From: Catajapyx aquilonaris
Taxonomy: Eukaryota
Length of the DNA stretch: 34,286 nucleotides
Direction of reading: 5' to 3'
Assembly (NCBI GenBank): GCA_000934665.2
Contig: JYFJ02001050.1
Span: 62,001 to 96,286 of the forward strand
Of this stretch, positions 1 to 13,500 are shown in pieces (the first letter of the stretch is position 1; each line of letters begins with the position of its first letter). The translations under genes were made by a program, and so were the position numbers. Below the pieces are notes generated by a model that had not been told where the DNA came from, did not search any database, and saw only the letters and a list, made by a program, of their open reading frames with translations.

Positions 1-1542
1 AAGCGGACCAGAGCAACGACATCGCAGTGCCGTGCTTCTTGCAGTATGATTGTTGCATGCTTGGTCGGAGTTTGCAGCAACACCTCCTGCAGAAAAAGAA
101 TCAAATAATGAGATCCCTTGTTGCATCCCAACCTGAAGATTTTACAAGTCAGCATTACTCACTAATTATGAAATATGCAGGAGGCATAAAACAGTTTAAG
201 AGTAATTACGCATTACCTCAGCCAACTGAACAAGTGCAGAATCATCTAAATTCAACGCCACTAATAAGCATAGTACTGAATGCTACTATTTTCATATTGC
301 TTGCGCCATGGGGCGACACGGTGGCGGAGTGGTTAGCGCCGCAGCCTTCCACCTCTAAGGTCCCGAGTTCGATCCCCGGGTCGGACGGAGGATTCTTATG
401 TGGATAGAGTTTCGACGGGTTCTCTCTGTATTCGCATGGGTTTTCTCGGGGTTCTCCCTTTTCCTCCCTCAATCAAAATCCATCACAGTGCAGGCAATGA
501 TTAAAGTTGGTCAATTAAAAGACGATCCCCTAAGAGGCCCAAGGAGGCTTATCACGGGGTATCCATTATTATTATTATTATTGCTTGCTGCATGTCAACT
601 GAACGGCAGTTCATAATTGGTTATGCACCAGAAAATTGCATCTGATTCTAATGATGGGCACTATTCAGATTGCAGTTGATTCACAGCTTCATAGGGCCAT
701 CTTGGCTTATATAACTTGGTAGGGTATCTGACCATAAAATTGCGAAATGTACCAAGTCGCAGACCTAGATGATTGCATATCTCCAGTCAACACACCCTAA
801 TTACATGTGGCATCCTCGCCTGTGTATCAGTAAGCTATAGGAGAAGACTACCCCACTACTTTTATCTATAAAAACGAGTGGCCCCCATATCATGTGCATT
901 AAAGCGTATCAGGCAGCAAGTTCGGACAAAAAAATAATTAGCACGCTTGTGAATACCCTGGAAAAATCCAACGAAGCGGATAAATCCCCAACTTTGTTTC
1001 CCCCCCGTATTTTGAGTAGGCCGATCAATAAGTCATATCCGTTCTGATCCGTTCGTATAAGCCCACCCCAATCCACAGGTTCCATGCGGCAATATTGATC
1101 CAGCCCACTAGATGTCCCTGGGTGCACCTCAGGCATCGCACACACTGTACAAGGAGATTATAAATATATCTTTGCTAAAAAAGAAAAAAAGCTGTGTCCT
1201 TCGCTTGAGGAAGTCGGTGCAAACTGCAGGTCAGCGTCCAACCCAAGGTTCCACCCCCTGCGCCCCACCTAAGCCCCCCTACCACAATCCCTTTTAGACC
1301 AACATGCTCTCTGCACTTTCTCTCTGCACATTTTTTTTCCTCCAGCTTGTTCTGATCGAATTTCAGGTGTGTCGTACCCTGAGGTATGAGCTGCATGCGG
1401 CTAGAAGCAGACGATGAGCCCTGACGCTCCGTCCCTGGCAGCAGAGGGTCACGTCCACGAAAGCCTCGGTGGACAACAGACGCTGGAGAGACCGGACAAG
1501 CCCGGACTGGTGGTGTCTCCAGGACACACGAAGCATCGCCAT
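1..1542 (-). CDS. Tramtrack/bric-a-brac/broad-type BTB-domain protein, 5' part (exons 1378-1542 and 1-86; continues beyond window)
   Basis: Exon 1542-1378 begins at CAG|ATG and encodes MAMLRVSWRHHQSGLVRSLQRLLSTEAFVDVTLCCQGRSVRAHRLLLAACSSYLR, ending at a phase-0 donor GTACGA. Exon 86-1 follows the acceptor TTTCTGCAG and encodes EVLLQTPTKHATIILQEARHCDVVALVR. Together these match the TTK-type BTB pattern (W..H, DVTL.C.G....AH...L.ACS.Y, then H..IIL). Confidence 0.9.
311..582 (+). mobile_element. tRNA-derived SINE with V-SINE-like central domain and (ATT)n tail
   Basis: A-box TGGCGGAGTGG at 322-332 and B-box GAGTTCGATCC at 365-375. The segment TGTGGATAGAGTTT...GCATGGGTTTTCTCGGGGTTCTCCCTTTTCCTCCC (about 399-468) resembles the V-domain. 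(ATT)n tail at 565-582. Flanking imperfect direct repeats TATTGCTTGCGCCATG (295-310) and TATTGCTTGCTGCATG (579-594). Confidence 0.85.
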
Positions 1543-2720
1543 CTGTGGACATACACACATTAATACATGATACACCGAGATACATAGCCAGCCCCATGTA
1601 TACCAAGGGGTAACGAGGATCAATTAGGCCAGAATCTGATGTGGATGTTAAATTCTTGCGGTACAGCTTTTGTGAATGGATACATGGCTGGTATGAAAAT
1701 TTATAGAGCCGCCTTTCAGTCCGTCCGACTGGTTTTCCCCGACCTGCCTCAGCCCGTTTTCTAGTTACTGCATGCAGGTGATAATACAAACGAAACAGTA
1801 TTTGACTGTCAGGCTGATTATTACTACTTTGAGTTGTTTGTCACACACGCGGATACTGAACTGACAGCCAGATATCAAAGTGCAACATGGTATAGCACAC
1901 AGCAAGTGTCGCAGGTTATGCCCTTTTGAGACATGCAGGGCCAAGTGGAAAGTTGCACCGTGAAAGTAGGTTGTCCACCAGTTTTAAAAACGTGTAGGGA
2001 AGTTCTCTCTCTCTTTACAAAGCACCACTTGGAAGACTCTGTTACGCAATGTACACTATACACAGCGACACCTGTTGTGCCGACGACAGTGCATAATCCC
2101 AGCGGTATACACACAACCGGCACACTCACGTCGTTCGACTCGGTCCCTGGTGGAGACATGGCCTGCTGCTGTATTGTTGCCATGATGATGATGTGTGCAC
2201 TGACAGGCAGCCGGGTGTGGACTGCTGATTCGAACGCGTTGTACTATGTTGTTGGTGTGTGGCAGAGGGGTACGTAGAGGGAGAGAAAGCGCAAGTGGGA
2301 CAGACAGAGAGACACACACACAACCGCACTACTTGGAGGGAGTCCGGAGCAGAACAAGCGGGGGCCTGTTGAGGTAGGTCCTGGTCCCCGCTCCTTGTCC
2401 AAGGTCACGGCTCTCTCTCTCTCTCTCCTACCCCCCTCCCGACGGCCTCTACACCACCGCCAACCGACCGACATACGTCATGGCGTATTGTACCCTCCCA
2501 CCGCCCGCCACATATGCGCAACATATACGAATGGAACGCACTCTATTCAATCGAACCATGCACTTCGAACAGCGGTACCGTTACGTACGGGGCGAATACG
2601 TGATTGGCTGCAGGGAAGGAAATGGGCGGGGCTACATGTATAGTTGCCTCGGGGGTCTGTGACTCTGTCCGTGGTCACGTCATCTATGTGGGGGACATGG
2701 CACTACAGTCCTTTAATACA

Positions 2721-3316
2721 CCAAGAACGATCTGACGTCACGGTTCAGCTCCAGCACCCGGCTCTTACTACTGCGCATGCTCAGAAAACAGCTGGGGGTG
2801 ACGTCATATTGTTTAAACCAAAGAACGGTATGACGTCACGCCAGCCCTGTTTTCTGCGCATGCGCCTGCAGAGATATTCGGGGACCTGATTGGAGGGGAG
2901 AGCCGGGCTGAACGTGACGTCAGATCGTTCTTTGGTTTAACGGACTTGGGGCCACTGACGTCATCGTTTTGCTTGCCGCAATTTCTAGTCAACGGAAATC
3001 TTCCGAATGAACCCGTGGAACCTAAAGATGCCCTCACACAACAATAAAAGTAACACTGCTGTTTACTCCAGTTCATTCCCATTGTTGCATGAGGGCATAT
3101 CTCCATGGAAAACTTGAAAAAGTGGGAGGTTCCAAGTGGTCCGTTCGGAAATGATGACGTCAATTGCAAGTTGTGGTATGCTCATATGACGTCACGGTCA
3201 GCCCCTCCACCCTGCTCTTCCCTCCAATCCGAATGGACCTGCAATAAGCAATTACTAACCGCGCATGCGCATAAAACACGACTGGTGTTACGTCAGTTCG
3301 TTCCTTTCGCTTTAAA
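2721..3316. repeat. Nested inverted-repeat (fold-back/MITE-like) element with seven TGACGTCA palindromes
   Basis: 2721-2765 is the reverse complement of 2899-2935. About 2812-2925 is inverted relative to about 3185-3316. 3001-3023 is inverted relative to 3128-3150. TGACGTCA at 2733, 2799, 2831, 2915, 2956, 3155 and 3187. Confidence 0.75.
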
Positions 3317-6300
3317 AAGGAGAGAGCTCCGGTCGTGGCTGTTTCATATTATGAAGTACGGTACACGTACCGTTCCGCGCGGTACTCGGTGCTGCGTACG
3401 TACCCCCCCTCGAAATTTGCGCCGTGGCCTTACCGGGGGCCGTTGGTCCCACGCGTATCGATCCGAAGAGTTTTTGCGTCCAGCAGCAGCAGGTACGACA
3501 ACCCTTCCCTCATCAAGGAGCGCTTCCCTAGCTGCTGCAATGCGCAATGCGAAAACGTAACGCTGACCACGTTACGTAAGGTCATACGGTCGTGTGTGAT
3601 GCAAACGGCGATCGAGCCAGTACCAAGCGTGCTGCATAGAAATTACCGCGGAAACTATACTGTTACGCAATTTCATTTATATATATTTTGTAGCGTTTTA
3701 CGAGAGTTATTGCTTCACCGTGTGTGTCATGATGCAGGCAATTTACGTAACATTTACGGCGAGGAGGAGAATCTCCCGGCATTCACCGGTGGTGCGTACG
3801 GTACGCATCTATAGGAAGTCTCGCACTTGAGCAACTCACCGTTGTCCGATGGGGGTCAACAGTGAGAGCTCAAGTGCACACATGATTAGGCGTACATACT
3901 GCACAATGCATAGCGCACACATGTGTGTAGACACCTGTGTGCCGACGGGAGCATAAAATCGGCGCAAACATAATAACCTTTGCGGTATGCGTATGTTAAC
4001 CAGATATACTATATACCGTAAGTATATACCGAAAGGGGCAAGTACACAGCCTTGGCAAAGGGGGGGTAAAAAAGACAACACTTGCATCGTTGAGCAACAG
4101 TGCTACAGCAGAGAGTCGGGTCTCGCTCAAGGACGACGAACGCCCAATCTGGGGGGATTCGGGCATCCAACACATACACGCACGCTCAGAAATACAACAC
4201 GTGCCGCATACATGCACACTCGTGTACGGCGCAACGTTGTTTCCAGGACTGGAAGGGACAAGTAGACCTTGGGCTCTGTCGCTTTTTTTAACCAGGAAAA
4301 AGGAAAAGGGCGAAGGCCTCACAGGGCCATTCACACACACACACACACATTAATAATACACACGTACACACCATGTACAAGACGGCATGGTATAGATATT
4401 GCGGAGAAAAGCTGCACAGGTGGACATGCACGCAATGCATGTCTTCTATACACATACTATCGCACTTGTAGGGATCCAACTCGTCCGGACCTCAGACAAC
4501 TTCGTGCCACTATTAATAACCAAATAAGTTGACCATCTAATGAGGACCCAGAATGAAAAAAAAAAAAAATGCGTTTATTATCATGTACAGGCAGACTATT
4601 GTTGGTAGTGTGCGCGCGCAGTTTAAATGGGGAAAAAAATGTAGGTTTACTCGTCCCGTTACATGTAATCTGAGATTATTTCCTAACGCAAAACTGGCGT
4701 TGATTCAACATCAGCAGGGTTATGAGAATCCGGTTTCGCAGTGTGCATAGAATCCCACGGGGTTTCTTTTAAAACTCCCGTATTCATCCCATCTCAGGTT
4801 GGCATGCAGGAGGTCAAACCCTTCTTCTTTTTTGGCAAATTATTTCAGGGGATGACCCTTGACGTGCTCGCAATGACTCGGCATAAATTGGCGGAAACTT
4901 CATCTTTTCCTTCTCTATGTGCATGGAGGCACAAATTGCGTCTTGTACTCGGCAAATTGGAGCATGTGTATGAAGAGGGCCCTTCTTCCACTCGTATATT
5001 ATATACAGAAAGGCATGTAGCCAGTGGTTGGTCAAGGGTCATCTTCTTATTAGTATGGGAAGCACGCACTGGCCACTTTAATGGCCGGACTGTCCCACTT
5101 TATTGTTGCGGGGGCAACAATGTGTGCTGGACAAGCAGGAACACTCTTTCCCTGACCAACCCACACACAGTACCCAATTCATTGGAACCCCCGCAGGCTC
5201 TGTGGGTCACTTGGAAGGGTCGGCGCCAACATAATAAAACACCCGAACATAACGCAACATATTCTGCTCGTGCCTCACTTCCGCATCTACACAAACACTT
5301 GGTGACAATCTAGGCTGCCAAAACAACTCCTGACGCAGGGATTCGCAACAAAAAAAGACTCAATTACATTATGTAATAACATATTATATAAAAAATAATG
5401 TGCACATCTAAATTCCACGTCTCAATATATCAGAACTTTTCATTTGCATACCGCATACATTACGTCGTAATTATTGAAATGGTTGGCATTAGTTGTATTA
5501 ATATTATTCATATATTAACAACCTCGCATTCAGGTGGTGACATGTACGACACGCAATTAAATATGTTACAATAACACTGCATTTATAATACTGAATATTG
5601 GCTCTCCAATTTTTATGTGGTCGGTTTTCAGGCCCATAAATCACTTTTTTTCATTTTGCTTCATTTATGCCAGTCCTTCATGGCTGTTTTGCGATAATTG
5701 CTTTTTAGCAACACAAACAAGCGGGCATTCTCTTGTTGTGTACCGAGTGAATCCGCATCCCCAGCTGGCAGAGGAGGATTTCGGTTTTCTTCCGCTCGGC
5801 CTGACACCAATCTTTCTCTTTATGGTGGGTGGGTGGGTGGGTGCGGGTTCCATCCAGCATTTTTTGGTGGAAGCAGCACGCATGGACCGAATGACTGAGA
5901 GAGAGAGAAAGAACCAGTTGTGCAAACGGCAAAAAAAGAAAGTTGTGGTAGGTCAGTAACAGGACGGGGCTGGGGGTGAGTGACTGCATCATCGCTACGG
6001 CGTAACGACACCCCCCACCAATCTACAAAAGAGAGAGAGAGAGAAAAAAAAGAGAAGGAAAAAAAAAATTAATAATGACGGTGTACATGTGGCGGATTCG
6101 CGAATTCGGGTCATGCTGTTGCCCCTCGCGCTATAGGAAGAAACCGAGAGACAGGTCCTACTACTAGAAGCAGGAAACTGGATCCTAGACCCCCAGAAGA
6201 ATATCTAGTTATCTACCTGATACGCACTGGATGGGGTCACGTAGTACATGAGGCAGGAAATTTTAAACAAAAAAAAAAAGGAAAGAAAAAGAAATTGCAC

Positions 6301-6740
6301 ACATTATATCCTTCTCTCTCTCTCTGCAAGCTCGTTGCGCGGACCAGCTTCACAGATTTTCACCTGCGGATTCGCCCCCATTGTGTGCACAATCAGGCCA
6401 TACTTTGTATCACACTGTATACGCTACTCTGTGCAGGACAAAAAAAAAGAGAAGACCCGTAATATTGCGGTACAACCACTCGTGACATTGCGTTCATTCT
6501 CAGTCGAGCACTTTGTATAATTATTTTTGGGGGGTTGAATATAAATGCACAGCTCAAGTGCTGTGTCTTCCCTGTAAATATTTGGCCAATTAGGCTGCAT
6601 TTTTTTTTCTTCGAATTCCATAACTTGACATATCCAGTACATTGTACACAGCAAAACATTCTATGGAGCATCAATATATTTTTTTAAATCCTTTTTTGTT
6701 GCTAAAATGAATCACAAGAGCTATTGATGCGCTTAGAACG

Positions 6741-6791
6741 CCCCCCCCCCCCNCCCCCCCCCTTCCCACACACACACACACACACACACAC
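6741..6791. repeat. Poly-C tract plus (CA)n microsatellite
   Basis: Directly visible; contains an N at 6753. Confidence 0.9.
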
Positions 6792-9700
6792 CAATTTAAA
6801 AATACATGCAAATTGAACCTGACATGAACATAATTTTAATGGATCGTGTATTTCGTAATTGTTTTGATCTTTGCATGAACCTGGTTGCCATAAGCGCATC
6901 GAGTGGCCTTGAGATATGTCGATATATTGTAAATCGACGAGTGTTCGCTCAGTGACCACCTGTGAAATTATCTTAACGATAAAAGGACTGTCCTTATTCA
7001 CAAGTACAAGTCTTCATTGAATGTTGTTTTTTTTATATAAAAAAACGAGACTCATCTGTTGAAGCCTCTATTATACATTTTGTATTAGCAGATGTTTTTT
7101 CCCCGGCCCTTCGCTGAATAACTCTGGCCGTACAAAAGAGGCCCCCTTTTCCATGAGCTCTCTTGCATAGAATGAGAATGATTTAGATTGTTGTGCTAGT
7201 ACACATGACAGCACACATTTCCTGGCAGGTATACATTATTCCTCCACGCAACTGTACACGTGTGGGCCGAACCGGATTATTTCCCCGGTAACTAGGAAAC
7301 ATGTTGGCCCAGGTCATGATACGAGCCGACGAACAGGACAATGGGTTTTGATAGTTAGTGAGAGGGGGGGGGGGNAATAAGTGGCTCACGCATCACGAGC
7401 CCATCACGTGGACAGGCCACCGTGTGTAACACACACCACGCATTGTTACATACTCAGTGCATACATGTGTACAGCAGAGAGAATGGCTCCACTTGACCCG
7501 CCAAGTGAAAACCATGCACACGTTATATTCCGTATCGTTAAGAAAAAAAACAAGCTGCCGTACATAATAATTGGACGCCCATTCCTCCTGATACAAGGGC
7601 ATGACGGACTGTACGCACCTGCCTACCCAACAATTTTTATTTTAAAAGGCAGTACTTATTATCTGGCAAAAATAATATTTGACTCGTTTCTGGGTACGGA
7701 CTGGCACGGACCAGCCAACATTTGGGGACCTACTTACACCTCACTATGCCAGTTTTTTCTCTCTAATTAAAATGGGGTCACTAAACGTCGAACATTGTAT
7801 CAATTCCACGCTTATATAGCAAGGCTGCTATACCAACAGTATATTTTTAATAATAACAACAACAAAAAAGTGAAGCAACTTATTCTATTAACGCCCGTGG
7901 TAACAAAAGAGGATTTCCACGCGATCCTGTCGTATAAATCACCTCCTTCCTCTTAAAAAGAAACGGATTTTCTGTTTTACTTGGACCGTAAAATAAAGCA
8001 ACGAGGCAGCCGGAAAAAAAAAATCGCTCACGCTCATTACGCTCCACATAATGACGATTTTATTATTCCGCTCCGGAACGGCACACACTCGAGCCCACTG
8101 CACACACACAGGGTGATTCGTCGCAATGACTCCCAGCAAAAACAAGTTCCTGACCAATTCAGGGGTAAATTTCGTGAGTGGGTTCATTACTTGCATAATT
8201 AGCATCTGATGTGTACGACACGAAATGGCCATTTAATACTGTATGGAGCAGAAAGCGAGGCAGAAAGTTTGTCTGTATGTCCGGGCTACCTAAACCCACT
8301 TCTGGACTACTGAGTGTGTTGAAACTTGTCTTATAAACTCCTTTCATTCAATCAATTCCTGTTGCAAAGAACTGATGCACATACACATATTAATGTTATT
8401 AAAATGTGCACATCCGTCCTGCTGTAGCTACGTGGTTATCTGTGTCCCCTTTGGTGGTAATTGGTTGCGATTATAAATAATGTCAAGGGCAGTCTTGCGG
8501 CAGGCAGGCACAGTTAGGGCAGGTCAGCAGCAAGAGCTGATTGTCCAAGTGGCCTGTTCCGTTAGGGTAGGTCAGTCCTGCCAAGCCAAACAGCAGAGCT
8601 ATCATATAGAAGAAGCTAGAGAGGAATGAGGCTGGAGAGACATTGACCTGGTTTCTCCGGAACCTCGAGGATTTCGATTAGGTGGCCCGGGAGGGAATAG
8701 AAAAGGAAAAAAAAAAAAAATGAAGAGAGCTAGAGAGGAAGGTGCACAGGCATACACTGTTTCTAATCCCCCCCTTCCAACATGCAGTAATCGCCTCCTG
8801 ATAATGTTATCGCACGAACAATGCAAACCACAGGGTGAGGCAATCCACCTTCCCTTTAATGCCACACTCGCATGCAACTATTCCACTGGGCCCATGTTCA
8901 CACATACACGCCCCAGGAAATGTCAACTACTCCAGCAAACAAAATGGCAAGAAACTATACATTCAAATTACCCGCCTATAGGTCTTAAATGCGCATTCCT
9001 ACTGGTAGATCCGGATGTGTACACGCATGCGTATTTCCACTGGTAGATCCCGATGTGTACTGTACCGGCCGTTTTATTCCCCACTCCCAATTGTCGGAGG
9101 TGTCAACAAATTAGTGCGCTACAATGTTACATTACGCTTAACACCATTGTTAATACCGGTAATTACACATCTTGTGCACTGGCCGAATCGCCATTAAAAA
9201 ATGGGGGAGGAGTTACGACAATGTAGCAACAACCAGATGTAATGAAAAAAAAAGTCGTAACGTTTTCATGATTGGTACCGGGTGTACAGTACATTACGCA
9301 GGCTATTCAAACAGGGGTGACGTGCACTGTGTTCAAAAAAAAAAAGCCACGTGGAATTGTCCGCTCCAGCAACCATCAGTCCATATAATATTATAAAAAT
9401 AGAAGTGAATGTGGCCATGACTGGGTGTTGCAAAAAGAAGTTAACAGTTGGTTGCTGTAAACAATCCCTTGCTTCCCACTAGGAGTCGAGGCCTTGGACT
9501 TGGGCAGTGCACCATCCTGTTGTAATGTATCATGTAATTATAGTCTCTCTCAAAATCCGGTGCGCACTAGCGTACTCGCGCAATGTTTCATCATGCACGT
9601 ATATATGCTATACAACACAAATCCCCAACCAAAGAGGCGAGCTTGAGATTAGCCAAATCCGTATCGTGCAGCCGCCGGAGTCTAAAATAAAAGCGCAGGC

Positions 9701-10524
9701 CTTGAACCAGGTCGTTCGCCAATTTTTTTAAATATATACTACATTTTTTTTGCAGACACACACACTTCGCGAAAACAAGGCGCCAGAAATATTTCCTCAT
9801 CCAATAATTTAATATGCATCAGGTAACCCAAAAAGTGACGCAATTCGAATTCGCACTCAATCAGTCCTTGAAATTTCGCGAAAAAATATGCTCTCCATTC
9901 GTATAATAAGTGAAAGTGTGGAAATTTTGTGCATATATCGGATGATTGCCATGTAGACTTATGTGCTTTGCAACGTAGTTTATTTGCGGAGCTTTCAGTG
10001 GGGGGTGGGAGGAGGGTGTTATTTGGCGGAAGGCATTTTTGCAGAGTTGTGTTGGGATTGGTCGGTTTGGCAGCGCAGGGCTTGTAAGTTGGCCTTGGAT
10101 GCTTGCATGCGTTCTGACCTGGGTTAACAAACTCGCGCTCTGAGGCCTTGCAAAAGGGGGTGGGCGGGTGGAGGGGGAAATTCGCAAACAAAAAAAAACA
10201 CGGCCAACCAGCTCGCAAAAAAAAAGAGAGATGAAAACCTGTCCGCCTGCTTTCAAGCCACCACTACCTTTTCTAGCAAGCTTCAAAATTCGTGCCAATT
10301 TTTTTTTTGCAAACATATTGCAAAATAGCCAAGTAAAATCCTTGCACTTTACATTGGGAGCCATCAGGGTCACTGTGACAATTAGGGCCAGCTGCACTAA
10401 CCAAATCACTGCTGGATTGTTGCGTATATGCGTGCAATTGCTGGAAATGGCAAATCTGCAACGCTGAGCATTTCCTCAGTGGGTCCGTATCGTGTTTCAG
10501 TCTTTTCAAGATAAACCGTGCGAT

Positions 10525-13500
10525 TGTGAAACCTGCGACGCGGTTTAAAAATAAGACAAGACCGGTCCGCTCTGGACCTCACTGCTCTCTTGCACACTTG
10601 GGAGCGCATTGCAATAGACATGTTTCCGGAATGGAACACCCAGTCCGCGCTCCTAAATAAAACATTGGGGCTACCACGTTATGCATCCAACAGTACAGTG
10701 ACGTACAAAGTCCAACAATCACATGCTCCGATGGCTATCACTCTGAAAGAGCGTATAGCGTCAACAATCTACTTGACATTATTTCCAGCAAATGACATTT
10801 GGCCTTTCACCTGACTATACATGCAGCGCGTTGGAAATGGTGAGAAAGTCCTCTCTGTCCTACCTGAGGGTCAAACTCTGGCGATAAATCATTACCACAG
10901 CCCTTTTTAAATTATAATATATGTATTTTTTTTTTTTTGCTGGAATTTGCATTTGAAAAAAAAAAGAAGTAGCAGATCTGTTAACATCTGTGCAGTCCAG
11001 GATTTGCATCACTGGATTGTACAACAAGTGTGAAATATTGAGCGAAATGCCAATTTGCCCTACCTACAAGTGTCTGCCTTTATAATTCAGTTCCACTCTC
11101 CGCAACTTGTAACGGTCCGGCAGCAGAATCTCATCGGCATCCACGATTGTCGACAGCCTTTGGGCAATGCAGATGGACGAGCAGCCTCGTTTGAGGGCGT
11201 TCATTACGTCCTGTAAAGATCAGCAATTGGGGAGTCTCATTAGCTTCATGCCAACCGCAAATGACAAAATAACTGCACATTAAATGCATGTCAGGAATGG
11301 CATTAAAATCAGCAATATATGCAATCCTTTGTAACGGATGCCACAACAGGACAGAATTGCATGATTTGGTCAAGGTTGCTACCTTTTTGCTGCTCCTCCA
11401 CCCGCGCTGACCTACTTGGCTGGTCAAGCTAAAAAAAGCAACTGGCATCACTTGAAGGGCAAGGAATCGATTTTTAGACATACACTTGCATACATGAATG
11501 TTGTATTTTTTCCAGCGACAAGGAGCAATTTTGCAGCAAGGTCGGCTACCCTGATATCTACTATACCTGAGAGCGCCCCTGAGATGGCATTGCAGGCTGA
11601 GCCTTCACATTGAGCTACATTATGTTGCGTGAGCATTACAAGGTTTGCTTTGTGGGTATTTACAGTGGACGCAAGGATCAGCACTGTATAGTCAGAAACC
11701 TTGCAATCAACCGATACACACTAAAGCCTCATTATGCATTTGGAAGCCAAATCGTACCACCACACATCAAATTAGCAAGTGAAAACGCAAAAAAATTTGT
11801 GAAGCAAATGCATCGCAATGTAATGATGCACAATGCACATACTAAAGATGCAAGTTGTGCAACTCGGAAGCTGCTGCGTCAGAGCCGGTGGCAGTTTCAA
11901 CCTTGGAAACTTTGTGCTGCTCATGAGCAGGTTGCTTAAATGTCACCTGCAGTTATATTTCCCATGTTGCTGCTGAGTTCAGCGAGAAATTGGCACCAAC
12001 ACAAGTAATGGTCGCCAGCAATTGTGGATTGCCCTGCACATCTAATTAGTCGCTCACATGTTCAACTCTCCAACTGAAACCTGTATGAAACAGCAAAAAA
12101 AAGTTGTGTTTTTTCCTCACTACTTTCACAGCAGTACAGTACCAAAGCAACAATAATTACACCAGAACATGGTGGATCATTATTAGCAGAAACTTTGTAC
12201 ACCTTTTGTAACAAATCGTACAGATTCGCCTGAACCCTCGCAGAGGTTTCCATATTGGAGATTGCAGTATATGGACCCGTGGAAAAGAACGCAGTCCATT
12301 TCAACATCTGAAATTCTCTGCCTTCCGACCAGAATGGATCCTGATGATGGCTCCAGGAATGTGGTTCAGGAGTCTACCTATTGTTGACTTCCTACAATAC
12401 AAATTGCGTCCAAGTTAGGAGTGTTTGGGGACCGATACGTATACAACCCTCATTTGGAAGGCACTTTTATCAGCCTCTTGCATTGAAAGTGACAGCACTT
12501 TTTAAAGACATCTATTCCAAATCTGTCAATCGGCAAGTTGTAGGTAAACAACGTGAGGCAACCAGTATTAAGTCTTCAAAAGTGCAGTAAGTGGAAATCT
12601 CAAGGAGGAGATAGTACATCTGATTAAGCAGTATTTGGAAGGCCAATCATGTGTGCTTCGGCTGACATCCTTTTTTTTCTGCGCTGGGATCTGGACCTCA
12701 GATGAGGTAACACTAGGTTATCTCGCAGATATTCCTATCTAATCCTGCTGCTGGTCTGGCACCTGTTCCACAATAGGACTCCCTATGACCCCAATTCTTC
12801 TATTTAAAAAAAAAAATGTGTAAATTGCATGTACAACAGGCCAGGTGTTACCTATTACGGGGAAAAAAACCTAGCTAAAAATTATTCAGGTATGAGCCAA
12901 CAGTGATCTTAGAAACACGTCAGTTTGTTTAAGATGAGAAACATGTCACATATAAATAGTCTTGTTGAGCAATAGTAATGCATAACAGGAAATGTTACAT
13001 GTGACACAATTTTTTTCCCATCATGGCGCAGGTGAGCAATGTGCACAATTACATCTAAAAGCCAAATGCTGCGAGTGACCTGGTAATGCCACCCATCAGT
13101 TAAAGCGAAAATGAGTATGTATTTATTCCACCTTGGATCCCTAACCTACCCCACTCCCACATTTATTAGAGCTCCCGATATGCGATCCCAAGCACTGCGT
13201 GATGCAACCATCCATGACCTTACCTACACCCCAACCCATTAACCAACCTGATGACACTATCAGATAGGAGCGTCTCTTTAAAAGTCAAGGTTGTCTCGGG
13301 CAGACTTTGCGCCCCAGTCATTAACAAGTGATTGAATTTTGTTATCACTGACCTACAAGAGACACCCTTAAAAACCCATTCCCTTAATAAACCAAAGCCT
13401 CAGCTGACCACAATACATCAGAATGCCTGAGCCAATATCTCATCAAGCCTTGACTCACAAGACATATTTATGAATTCCCTCTGATGTTACTGCATGACTG

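Noticed and set aside
311..385. tRNA gene
   Set aside because: The tRNA-like head runs straight into a SINE core, tail and TSD, and lacks a clean acceptor stem and terminator.
2721..3316. CRISPR-like array
   Set aside because: The repeats are inverted and irregularly spaced, in a eukaryotic context with no cas genes.
1600..10500. Numerous 60-200 aa ORFs in the ORF track
   Set aside because: No recognisable domains, homopolymer- or microsatellite-driven composition, and no coherent exon chains.
13180..13210. Iron-responsive element (CAGTGC on - strand)
   Set aside because: No 5-bp upper stem or C bulge, and the motif is absent from the intact ABCB7 copy.
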